From: Basidiobolus meristosporus CBS 931.73
Taxonomy: Eukaryota > Fungi > Basidiobolomycota
Length of the DNA: 64,000 nucleotides
Assembly (NCBI GenBank): GCA_002104905.1
Contig: MCFE01000069.1
Location: 1 to 64,000, forward strand
Direction of reading: 5' to 3'
Numbering within the stretch: position 1 is the stretch's first letter; every line of letters starts with the position of its first letter. The notes below the pieces were generated by a model. That model saw nothing but the letters and a program-made list of their open reading frames with translations. It searched no databases and was not told the origin of the DNA. A program made the translations under genes and the position numbers. Shown piece after piece: positions 51,216-62,700 of this stretch.

Positions 51216-53520
51216 TTTCGAGAGAAATTAGTAGAATAATTCCTAGGTTGCAAGCCATCATGGCATTAGAAATACAATGCTCGACCAGAAAGGTGTGCAT
51301 GCCGCATGATGAACCTGCAGATAGGCTGCAGTTTTGTGACTTATCTATGTTCGAATGTGGGAATTGTTGATGAAATATTGGCCAGTTGTAAATTACCCTT
51401 CCCTTATAGGTATCGAAATGTTTAGAATAAATTTGGCTCGCTATTTGTAGATACATCATTCGAGCTGGTGCTGAATAAGATCATACATGTTTCAAACGTC
51501 AGAGCCGGTGAATTTTGACAACTTGACACGAACTTAGATTTCCGTGTCACTGTGAAACCGTTCTCGACATGTTGGGTGATTCCATGTTACACCAACATGG
51601 TGCCTATTCTGGTTTGAGAATGTCGGAATCCACGGCTGCTAGTAGTGGTGGGAATCTGTCGTCCCGCTTGATAGTTCGTTATGCATACAGTATACTATAG
51701 TGGACAAAATATTAAAATCCTGATTTAAGCTTTAGACAGCTTGAATTTGGAAGTCACTAGCGCACATGGATGCAAGAAATTCCTGTCAACGAGACATGGA
51801 TTCTGAGACTGGCAGAAGGAGCGGTTGCGTTGACTGGCGGCACCATGTAATATATATGCACGCATTGCTTTATTGAACGAGTGAATCCTATCACCATTTT
51901 TCTGATAGCTTGAAAATAATGGGAATGCAGTGTTTACAACACCTGCCAAGGGTGGAGATATCTTTGTATTGATAAATCGAACCCAACATATCCTCGATCT
52001 TGCTACAAAAATTCGTATAATTCAGAATACATTGGGCTTCATCACCAGCCGTCTAAGAGCTGATACAGACTGATATAGAATGCCCAATGGTGCGATGCAT
52101 AATAGGGGCTCTCACAAATATACACTGAAGTAGAAGTGCCCTTAAATTCAAGGATACTCCCGTATGGTTATATGAAGAATATTCAAGTACACTAAGGTTG
52201 GGAAAATCCCTAGTGAGTCTGTATCTCTCGGAAGGAAAAGCAACCAATTAGAAGCGCTTTTACACAATTTGAGCATCCATAACCTTCTGGGGTAGATGAT
52301 GGTGGGAGGAGTCAATTTGTATGAAGTATTGATGAATAAGCCCTATGAAAGATATCAAACTTGGATTTCATATGGCATTCTGCTGGCATTTTCAGCCAAT
52401 TTTTCAAGTGTAAATATCCTGGGAGCCAGTGAGGCTAAAACATCTGATATTAAGAGCTGTAACTTTCATTTGTGGAGAAAACAATCTTTCAATAACTCGG
52501 CAAGTTCAGCAGAGAAAAATGTATGAATATACCGCGGCAAATAAAGTTGAGGACTAGTTTCGTTAATTTCACCGTTTCACACTTCTAATTGTTTGGCGAA
52601 ATCTTGCGCTATAAATTGTAAACTAGTACCCAAATCAAGATCCATAGATAACTGTACGTACCACCACATATTTGTCACAATATCAGGTTACTTCTTGCAG
52701 AAAAGCCTAAAGGTCGGAAATTTGATGTGGGCTTCAAACTGAGTATACATTTTCGCTAGTGTTGGCTCATAAAGCCCAGATACTCGAAGCCATTGGCTGC
52801 TAATTCATGCTTATTTCTTGTATCTTAGTTCCACTTCTATAGCTTCAGTTACCCCCCCCCCAAGGTTTCATGTGTTCTACTGATCAGTATGTAACAAGAT
52901 GATCATTGTCATGGGGAAAATGCACCCTTCTGGTAGAATCATCATTTGCTCAACGTAACCAGCCAAATAAAGATGAATTTCCTGTCGCTAACCATAATAG
53001 CAATAAATGGATACGTGTTATATTCCCCTGATACCAAAACCACGTTTAAACTGGTAATGGCCAGTTGTCTTCCCAGTTTCTACATAGTGGCTCGTCGGGC
53101 AACTGACACATTGCTGCCTTATTAAACCTGAATGTTATATGTAGATCTGTATTTGCACCAATGACCTCATCATAGAGTACCAGTTAATCTATCAAAATCC
53201 ATCTCCATCGTACTTAACGGACAATAATCGTGTTTGGTCTGGTGTATCTATTGATGTCGAAATATCAAGAATCTGGTGTTACAGTGAGTTAGCATGGCCA
53301 GTATATTCACTAATGAAGCTAACAGACGTCCTGGTCTTAATGGCCATGATGCAACTGTCAAAATGTGCAAACCATGGTTAGCTGTAACGCATCCCAAGTA
53401 ACGGAATAATCAATCGTTTAATTTCAGATAATACTTCGGTGAATACAACATCAAAACTCATGTTCTCAGAGAAAACGCTGGGTAAAAGGATAGTCTTTGG
53501 CAAATGTGTACATGGTATCA

Positions 53521-53992
53521 TTACTTGCTCGTGCTTGTCGAGTTGATTAAAGTTAAAGTAAGGTTTGCATCCCGTATGGTAAAACTACGTCCAATACCAT
53601 TGAAGTAGGATGCATTCGAGTAAGCATTTAGAGTGTAGATTCCTGGAGTCAAATCATCTCGAATTGGCCAACTGAAGCTTTCTCGCCATTCACCCTGGAC
53701 ATCTGCCCGTGGGTAGTACAGTTCCCAAAGGGTATTCTGATGCTCGTCGAGGAAGCGGACGTTAACCTTCTCGATTACGGCCAAATCCGCTCGAATCACT
53801 TTCAAGTTCACCGCCAAGTTCTGGCCTGGGCTGACAGTAACATTCTGGGCTGGCGAAGTGATGGTTATGTAATCTTCGACAGAAGGTTAGTATCTACCAT
53901 GGCCAAGAGAAGACAATCATATAGTTACCAGCAAGGCCAGTCTGAATTGAAGCAATGGCAAGCACAAGGAATATAGAAATGAATACACGCAT
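53521..53992 (-). CDS. Small secreted beta-sandwich (Ig/Kre9-N-like) protein, 2 exons
   Basis: Signal MRVFISIFLVLAIASIQTGLA, a phase-1 intron, then DYITITSPAQNVTVSPGQNLAVNL..FSWPI..PGIYTL; several N-glycosylation sequons. Confidence 0.72.
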
Positions 53993-54705
53993 TGTTATGG
54001 AGGCTTTCAGGAAACTGGGTATGAGCTGAACGAACGAACTAACGTATTTAAGGCTTTCAGATAGGCCTTGTACACGCTCAAACATAGCTGACGATATTTC
54101 TAGGCCATTTATGCATAAGCTGACTTGTCCCAGCCAAGACATAATGCGTACAAATCTGTCCGCAAATCGATCCTCAGATTAGCTCAAGAGAATTCCTTTA
54201 GCCAATCATCACTGGCCTAATCCTTCCAAGTGGAAGATTGCGAAGGCAGTGGTCATGTCTAGGAGTCACATTATGATCTCCTCAGATCACCAACCAATTT
54301 CCTTTTGGCGAGCCTCCGATATATCTCGGTATTCCAATATACTGCGATGGTTTTAAGGCACCAGATGGGCGACGTCATTCCTACAATCACGAGCAGGCTA
54401 ACCGTAATTACGGCTGTACGCAGCTCGTGGTTCATGCAATCCACTAATTTGATTTCCAGAAGTCTCCGAACATATAGTCGGATTTCTACTTCCAAGACGG
54501 GAAACTTCCCAGTCCCTGATGCGGTAAACCATGATCACACCGGTTCCCCGTTTGGATGGATACTGTTTACTAGACAAGCATTAATGGAGATGAATCGTGG
54601 GCATCGGAATATGGTTAAATCAGGGATTTATTTCTTCAAGCTTGATTACTTTCGAGAGTAACCCTTTTCATGCCAGTGAACATCTATGGCGCATATGATG
54701 CGAGT

Positions 54706-55889
54706 CTAATAGATGGGTACGAATCTTGAATCCCAGTTTGCCGGCTGGGGCAAGCGAAGCGCATTAGCAACGGTAGCAGCAATATCCTACCAGATTCGGG
54801 AAGGTCGAAGTTAATATTCTACAATCGTATGCAGTTGGAGGCTACCACTTACCATGTTGCGGACCCCATTGGCAAGCTTTGCCACCTTCACTCCTTTTCC
54901 GCTGGCTCCCCAAAAGATGTTCACCTCGGCCGCAGTGCTGCCGCCATGAGAGCCGCCGGGAGTACCTCCGTGATCGGCGGTCATCAATACCAGAGTGTCG
55001 TCCTTGAGACCAGCCTCTTCAATAGCGGCCAAGACACGTCCCACACGAGCATCGACTTTAGGATACTCCTGGATGTAAGCCGTGGAGTTGTAACCAGAGG
55101 CTGATGGATTGGTATTAGTAGTCGCTACAAAATTTCATCCGTTGGGCCACAGAACTTACCATGCCCGACGTGGTCCATGGCATCATAATGGATGAATAAA
55201 TAGCGGGTGTCGGCGCCTTTTTCTTTGATATACTTGACCACACCGTTGGTAAGATCTTCATCCCCCTGGGATATCTTGGTAACGTTCAAAGAACGCTCAA
55301 CCATACCATCGATGATTGGCTTCCAAACCGAGTAGACGGCCAATTTTGCTGCTGGACGTTCATTCAAAAGAAGTTTGAAAATCGTCGGGTAGGCCGATGT
55401 CTCCGAGTATGGGGTGCTGGCGGCTATATCATTGGTAAGCTTATGCTTATTGGGAGTTACGCCAGTTATCATGGATCCCCAGTTCTGACCACTGATGGTT
55501 GGTAATAACGCTGCAGCATTCAAAGTGGAGGCCCCAGAGTTCAAGAATTGCTTAAGGACCGGGGTGTTGGCCCATTGTAAGAAGCTTCCGCCTCCGTCAA
55601 TTCCAAGGAACACGACTCGTTTAAATTCCGACTTTGGGAACTGATTGATGCGAGCAGTCACAAGGTCGACATCAGCAGAAGACACTTGTCCATCTCTATT
55701 CACATCTGCAGACTTGGCCACCTGCCAGTTAGTGGCAGCTTGGTTTGAGCCCAAGAAGCTCCGGATGAAAGTAACATCATCATTGTTCACCAGACCATCA
55801 TTGTTGGCATCAGGATAGAAAAGGGCTTGACCGACGGTGATTTGGGTTGCAAGGAACGCCAGGGCGACAATTGAGAGTGACCTCTGCAT
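54706..55889 (-). CDS. Secreted type-I dockerin fused to an alkaline-phosphatase-superfamily (nucleotide pyrophosphatase/phosphodiesterase) domain; exons 55889-55160, 55100-54853, 54786-54706
   Basis: Signal peptide; paired Ca-binding loops DANNDGLVNNDD and DVNRDGQVSSAD; VVFLGIDG, PTISGQNWGSMITG, DHVGH, TADHGG..HGG and DIAATV; two GTAAGT introns restore the frame. Confidence 0.88.
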
Positions 55890-57354
55890 CTTGAAGTTAG
55901 CTACTTGTTAGCGAGATGGATGCTGACTATGCTTTGGTGGGCTTCCCTTTTATATCTTTTGGACAACTACTTCCGATAATTTTATGGCGAAGGAACCCTT
56001 GTAAAATACTCGCCACATTGATGTGCCACCACGTAGAACTGTACAAGTGTATTGTATATCCATGTGAACACGATTCCTCAGTGCAGTATCCAGCAAGCTA
56101 CCTACAGTAGTGAAGAATCAAATCCATTGAAATCGATTGAGATGAAGGGATACAACTGGCGAATGGCCATCAAATGAAAATCGCTCCATCGTTCACACAG
56201 TTGCTCAAGATTGATAAGAAGTTTGATCAACAGCAGCACAACCATACAGAAGCACCCAAGATAAAGGAATGGTCACGTCGACCGAGGGCATCTTTGGTTA
56301 AGGCGCATTCTCTTGAAATTCGGACCGGAATATTATTGGCCATTTGCAAGTGGTGGTTGTTCGAAACATGTTACGCTACAGGGGGAAATCCCCTATCGAG
56401 AGAGGTCTTCACAATTACCAGGATAGAACACCGGCACTAATGCTGAATTATCATTGGTGACCTCCCTAACACGTCTGATTCCACTCGACAATCGATTGGG
56501 CGCACGTTTACCAACACGGTGATGGGGAAGGTAGATCATAGGGCCTACCACCACCTTGGGATGGGTGCTTCTGGAGCAGGCTTGATACAGGATTGTTGCA
56601 AATTGGGTTTATTCGGGCCGTTCCTTCCCCAGCCACTTAATAAGCCGGCTTGATCGATTTCGGTGATTCACAGCGCAATGGATTCAGAGCTAATAGATGG
56701 TTATTACTTTTAATTCGGTTACCGAAAGTACGATACCAGGGACCGTCAAATGTGCACGTCCAATTGTTCAGTTATTTCAACCGTAAAGAAACCTTTGCAA
56801 GGATGGTTAGTAGTCGGCAACACCAACCCAGAAAGAGAAGTTGCCATTTACCACTACCATGGTGGACCCAGCTAATCCCCTTACAGTGGCCCAGTGGTAA
56901 TGATAAGTTGAAAACGTGGATCCAGTTGAATCACCAAATCACTAGCCTTCCCCTGTAACACGGTATCACAGTACTAAAGTGTGTGGCTATGAATGGAGAA
57001 TAGGAGCAGTTAGTGGGATTTCCATCAAGACGATAATAACCGCACCACAGCAATAGCCTTTCGTCATAGAGATATGTTCTTTAGTGCTCTAGGTGTCTCC
57101 TAGGATCTATGAATGGGCTCAGAAAGCTTTGTCATATACATACTCTTATCCTTTCATCTGGATAGGTCGGTATTACAAGATGGGAATGAACGCGGATCAT
57201 GCAGATGTACTTTATTCAGGTTAACCGCTACACGAGAACAAACCAAATGCCACTCACATATAGATGGAAACAGACACAAGTACTAACAATCAGAATCAAG
57301 GATAACTTAAAGAGGCATACTGTCACTAGCCTGGACGGGATCCATCGTGGCAAT

Positions 57355-58737
57355 TTAATAACCACCGTTGGGGTCGCCACGTCTGTTGGATCCAACACGG
57401 ATCTTACCATCCAAGAGATTGCACACACCGGAGCTGACGTTGATGCCAGCAACCTGAGAAGCGCTAACGATAGCACGGCACTTCATTTTCTCGAGACGGA
57501 GGTGGTCAATATCGATGCCTAACTTAAGGCAGATTCCCAGATCGATGTTGGCGCCACACAAGGTACGGATCTTGGCAATGATGGTCTCGCATGACCTAGG
57601 GTAGCGAGGCTTTCCATTTGTTGGTGGATAGGCTGGGGGCTCACAACCCTTGCATGGCTTTTCCGGAGTTGGAGGATAGCCGGGTGGGTTGGTAGGAGGT
57701 ACTGGAGGCTCAACAGGTGGCTCGCAGGGTTTGCCAGGCTTGCATGGAGTCGGGGGATTGGCAGGTGGGTTGGTAGGAGGTACGGGTGGCTCGACTGGAG
57801 GCTTACCGGGGGTTTCCGGTTTACCTGGAGTTGGGGGATAAGCGGGTGGGTTGGTCGGGGGCTCAACAGGTGGCTCGCAAGGTTTGCCAGGCTTGCATGG
57901 TGTCGGTGGATAGGTGGGCGGGTTAGTAGGGGGTGTGGGAGGCTCAACTGGAGGTTCAACAGGTGGCTCACATGGTTTTCCAGGTTTACATGGTGTCGGA
58001 GGATAGGTGGGCGGGTTAGTAGGGGGTGTGGGAGGCTCAACTGGAGGTTCAACAGGTGGCTCACATGGTTTTCCAGGTTTACATGGTGTCGGTGGATAGG
58101 TGGGCGGGTTAGTAGGGGGTGTAGGAGGCTCAACTGGAGGTTCAACAGGAGGCTCACATGGTTTTCCAGGTTTACATGGTGTCGGAGGATAGGTGGGTGG
58201 GTTAGTAGGGGGTGAGGGAGGCTCAACAGGAGGCTCACATGGCTTTCCAGGTTTGCATGGAGTTGGAGGATAGGTAGGGGGCTCTACGGGAGGCCTACCG
58301 GGCTTGCCAGGCCTACCAGGCCTACCAGGCCTTCCGGGTTTACAAGGCCTATTGGGCCTATAGGGGGCATGTGGCCTCCTGCCATGTATGGTACTTATCT
58401 CACCATCTCTTTTCAAGAATTTCTCTCCGTGACCTCCAAGGGCCAAGCAGACTTCCGCATTAACCTTTATTCTCAGAACATTGGCCGCTGCGACAGCTTC
58501 AGCACAAGTCATCTCGGATGGAACACCGGTAATGAGCGGGGCCAACCTGATGACGGTATCATTCAGGCAGGTCTTTGCGTCTGCCTTGATTCCAAGAGCA
58601 GCAAGTCTCGCAACTACTCCGTCACAGACAGATTTCGCATGCTGAGCGTTGACAGGGTGGGCTTTCAGATTCGTGGATTCGTCGGCCATTACGAGCACAG
58701 CAGGTAACAGGGCTAAAGCGCTTGCGAAGAACTTCAT
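57355..58737 (-). CDS. Secreted Pro/Cys-rich repeat protein with homologous 4-Cys terminal domains (cell-wall/adhesive candidate)
   Basis: Signal peptide, 460-aa intronless ORF with Pro-rich tandem repeats; TATA-like element ~65 nt upstream. Confidence 0.82.
   Translation of the reverse strand: MKFFASALALLPAVLVMADESTNLKAHPVNAQHAKSVCDGVVARLAALGIKADAKTCLNDTVIRLAPLITGVPSEMTCAEAVAAANVLRIKVNAEVCLALGGHGEKFLKRDGEISTIHGRRPHAPYRPNRPCKPGRPGRPGRPGKPGRPPVEPPTYPPTPCKPGKPCEPPVEPPSPPTNPPTYPPTPCKPGKPCEPPVEPPVEPPTPPTNPPTYPPTPCKPGKPCEPPVEPPVEPPTPPTNPPTYPPTPCKPGKPCEPPVEPPVEPPTPPTNPPTYPPTPCKPGKPCEPPVEPPTNPPAYPPTPGKPETPGKPPVEPPVPPTNPPANPPTPCKPGKPCEPPVEPPVPPTNPPGYPPTPEKPCKGCEPPAYPPTNGKPRYPRSCETIIAKIRTLCGANIDLGICLKLGIDIDHLRLEKMKCRAIVSASQVAGINVSSGVCNLLDGKIRVGSNRRGDPNGGY
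57620..58360 (-). repeat. Coding tandem repeat with a core unit of 93 nt / 31 aa (PPTNPPTYPPTPCKPGKPCEPPVEPPVEPPT)
   Basis: Six exact CKPGKPC motifs plus degenerate flanking units. Confidence 0.9.
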
Positions 58738-58800
58738 GACTCTGAACAGTCGAGGATAGTTGGAATGGAGTGATTTGATTTGACCCAGGGAGGGGAATCC

Positions 58801-58810
58801 TATATTTATA
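58801..58810 (-). promoter_or_regulatory. Putative TATA box of the Pro-rich gene
   Basis: TATAAATATA on the minus strand ~65 nt upstream of the ATG. Confidence 0.45.
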
Positions 58811-59420
58811 GCTGGTTTGCTCTCTGGAAGATCATTGAACCGTTGACATATTGTGAGATGATTTACTTGGAGTGGGTGGAGTGTTTGGCTACACTACCTT
58901 TGAGTTGAGCGCGAATAACAAATATGCCAGCTGTGAGTAAAATGCAAACCTCGAGATTTCCAGTTTATGCAACATATTTGTTATCAGATCCAAACATTCA
59001 AGTATGTGATACGGGCATGTTTGGATCCACCAATATAAACCCAAGTCAAAAATGGAAGTTGCTTAAATTTCATTGACAGACGATCATGAAATATAGAAAT
59101 ATGGGGAGTATTTGTTTTGCACCGAAAGCAAAGGTTGTTTCACCCTACTCACATTATTCTGGTTCTTCAAGCAGCTACACTCGCGGTCATTCGCACTCTA
59201 GCTCGTGTAGCTATACAATCCAGCAATTCAACCTCAAAATTCGTCAACAACTCGTCAGTCATTGGGAAAGCAAACCGTGGATCATTTTGGCAAACTCTTC
59301 CTTGTATTAAACTAAGATCATCTTGGCTTTTCTCTCACATATCAAATTTCTGAATTCTAATGATGTGCTTAAAGTGTTCTGAAAACATCTTGAATGTAAC
59401 TATACAAGTTTTACGAGGAG

Positions 59421-59640
59421 CATTTCTTGCAGGGCACTGAGGCACCTTTGGGTTTGTTTAGCAAATTATCAATCCAAGATATGGGGTGCCCGTTCTTCAT
59501 TTTTACTGAGTCTAATGTCCTTAAGTCAATATACACTTATGGTGCGCTATCCCTTATCCTACGTAATTTTAGTGCATCTGGAGGTGAGTTGCTTGGTCTG
59601 ATGTACCCTTGCTCCAGTGGCTGGTCTTGAAGGTGTTGAA
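59421..59640 (-). mobile_element. Degenerate Ty3/Gypsy reverse-transcriptase fragment
   Basis: LEQGYIRPSNSPPDALKLRRIRDSAP*VYIDLRTLDSVKMKNGHPISWIDNLLNKPKGA follows the Gypsy RT pattern GxIRPSxSP..CIDYRxLN..KNxYPxPxIDDLL..GA. Confidence 0.72.
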
Positions 59641-59799
59641 TCTTGCATTTACAGCTGAATATTACTTCAACTTAGTTGATTAGATCAAATTCATTGAGCT
59701 TTGCCACTTCCTGCCTAAGTTCTGTGCTATGATATACTTTATAGAATTTTCCTCTGCTATCAGATACCTTAGGCATAGAAACTTGCTCACATACACTTG

Positions 59800-62700
59800 A
59801 GACTCCGCTGGAAATGTTGCAGGTACATATTTTGCCAAAAATTTTCAATTATATGCATTACTCTTGCATTGCACCCCTCCTTATGCCACTAGTATATTGC
59901 ACTAAGCAATCAATAAAGTTTATTTAACTTGTGATTAATATATTTGCAAGTATTTATTTACACCTAATTAAATTATTGTGCAAGTCACTCAAACCATTGA
60001 ACATGAGCCCTAGATTATATTACTAAGTGTTTTGCTGGGATCTACCCCATGTATCTTCCTGTTACACTAAATTCCCAGAGCATAAGCATCCTCCATATAA
60101 TTCAAAGCCTCAAGGTCTCAAATCATGTTTTTGGGACACTTCAAGGCATATTGTATGCACTAGCTATCCCAAAGCTGCGCAGTTGTGAAAATGCACTTAG
60201 AATGCCCTCATGACAGCATAGAAGAAGTTTGATAGATCCAGAAGAAAAAACAAAGTATTTTATAACCCCAGCTTACAAATATCAAAACAAAACCTGTATT
60301 TCAATTGAAAGGCACCAAGTAGCAGAGAAAACTGGAGAGACAACAAAAATGTCTTTTAGTCTTGCTTGGCTACAAACAGGATGTATTCAAGATATAAACA
60401 TATTGCTCTAACGATGCTCCTGGGTGAGGCAACAGTTTACTTGTGGTATGTTTCAGTGGAATTGGTTCTCAACACACCAATGCTAAAGAATAAATGAAAT
60501 ACAGTAAGCATGAATATGGAAAAGCTGCATTGATTAGGGTAATGAGCTCTTATCTTTAAGAAGAAAAATCAAGAAAAGGCCAGCAAAATATCATTCAAAT
60601 ATCAGCAGATTTCCCAGCTTCTCAGAGCTGACAACTCTCAAAGTTGCAGGTACCAAGTATTAAGCCAACAAGCTGACATATTTACAAGAGGAGACAAGGC
60701 CTACTAGTAGTCAAACCAAATTTGGTAATTGGCAGCTCATCAATTCTGGTCAAAGTTGTAACTGAAGATTTGAAGGAAAAACACCAGTGGATTATCAGTA
60801 TGCCATTGAAATATTAGCAGAATACTAGCTTAAAATCAGATGAATTTAAATTTGGTATTTTTCACAGGGTGTGTGCATTCTGCATAGCCACAGGTATAAG
60901 CTTTTAGATGTGGGTCACTGACTTTGAAGCTCCCCAATATATCAGAAGCCAAAAAGTGCAGTTACTGAAAAATAAGAAGCCCTACTTCAGATAGCATTCA
61001 TGTCAGATAAAAAATTCCCAGTGCCTTGCAGCAATTAGCTAGTCTTGTGCATCTGAGCTGTGCTGAATGGAGCCACATACCTATTTTGACAGTGCAGCCC
61101 AACCTCAAACTCAAGAAGTAAATCCATGAAAATCAACTGTTCAATAAGTATTTCTGCCATAACACCCTTTTTCCATTGTGGCATCATTATATTCCACTGA
61201 TTCCTTGACATTGTTGATATGTATCTCAGTGGGACCTCCACACCATCTACAATGGAGGATATGGAGGCTGTGGTAGAGGAATTGCCTTTCTCTGCTAAGG
61301 CATGCCAGACTTCTTATGGCCTCTTTAATATTTATCTTAGCCCACTCTTTATCATTGCACTCAACAGCTTCACAAATCTTAATGTTGTTGGATTTTTAGG
61401 CATTGGTATATACACCATAGTCCCTCCCTCCTATGCTGAGATAGGTTTTTCTGTGGGCTTTATCTTTGGGCACTTTTATTGAGCTTCAAAGACTGTATGG
61501 TGGTACTCCACCATTACATTGACAGATGGTTCATTACTGATTAGTGACACTGAGCTACTATTCTCCATTTGCAACACTGATTGCTTTACCAGCATTATCT
61601 ACCTATCCCCTCTCTGGCCTATTTCCTGAGTTCTTTGGGCTATTGCATCCATCCCATTGGCAACAGAGCCTAACTGCCTCACTGATGCTTTGGTATGAGC
61701 TGACAAGATACTTACAAATACTGATGGTGGTGAGGTTACAACAGTCATTTACTGGTCTGTCACCAGAAGTACTGTGTTAGCTATATTCCCATCTGCCTGA
61801 GCTTTGTAGAGAGCTTTCAGCTCTGCAGATATTCTCAACTGCCTACTAGACTATATGCCTTTGGAGTTGACATTATTACCTTCAGAGGGCACACCATCAA
61901 TATGGCCTTCTATGAATGTAGCCCTGCTTGTTGCACTGAATATCAGAGCAAGCTGTTATCCAACCATTTCTTTGCTGTTATTTGCAATGCAATCTGATTG
62001 GATACCAGGCAAGTTTGCTATATTTTTTGGCAACATATATATGTAACTGAGCCAAATAAAGGGCAAAATAGTGTTACATATACATGTGTATGTGATGCTA
62101 CAGCTTTACTTAAAATGATTACTATGGAGGGTCCATGTTGGATCTTACCTTTGATCTAAAAACTTAAAATAACACTTTATCACTCACCCTATGAAAATAA
62201 TTTGTTCCTGCAGGTGGATCCAATCTGCATCAGCCATCAGGATCCCATTTGGAGACCATCATAATACCAGCAGCTTGGAATTAGCAACCCTCTTAACAAT
62301 CTTATTACAGAATCATAATGGCATTTAGCTAATTTTACTGCTAAATAAAGTTATAAAACCTGACAGGGTTTGATTGGTACTGTGGCAATAATTGCATTGC
62401 ATTGTTGCAGTCTTGATGTGCTCTACAACTATCTCAAATGGATCTAACTGGCCAGTATAATCAATTGCCTTATATGTCAGAAAACTTGACAATGTTTTGA
62501 AAGCCTCACTGTGAGTCACTTATGGCTTTATTTTGGCAGTATGGTGGTCTACTGCTAGTTCTGTATCATGCCACTGTAGGTTTAATCAGTGCTGTAGCAA
62601 TAATTACATGGCATTATTGCTGTCTTAATATACCCAACAACTTTTTAAATGCACCTAGCTGGCCAGAACATCCAGTTGCCTTATATGGCAAAAAGTTGAT

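Noticed and set aside
52151-52158. Second GTATCCTT on the minus strand
   Set aside because: Not within any supportable gene and no matching branch site.
57620-58360. CRISPR-like repeat array
   Set aside because: In-frame coding tandem repeat without unique spacers, in a eukaryotic context.
59105-59145. Gag zinc-knuckle-like NNLCFRCK..H on the minus strand
   Set aside because: Incomplete CCHC and located downstream of the RT relic, the wrong order for Gypsy.
59887-59904. CACTA pentamers as the left terminal inverted repeat
   Set aside because: The other end is outside the window, so TIR and TSD cannot be verified; 5-mers occur by chance.
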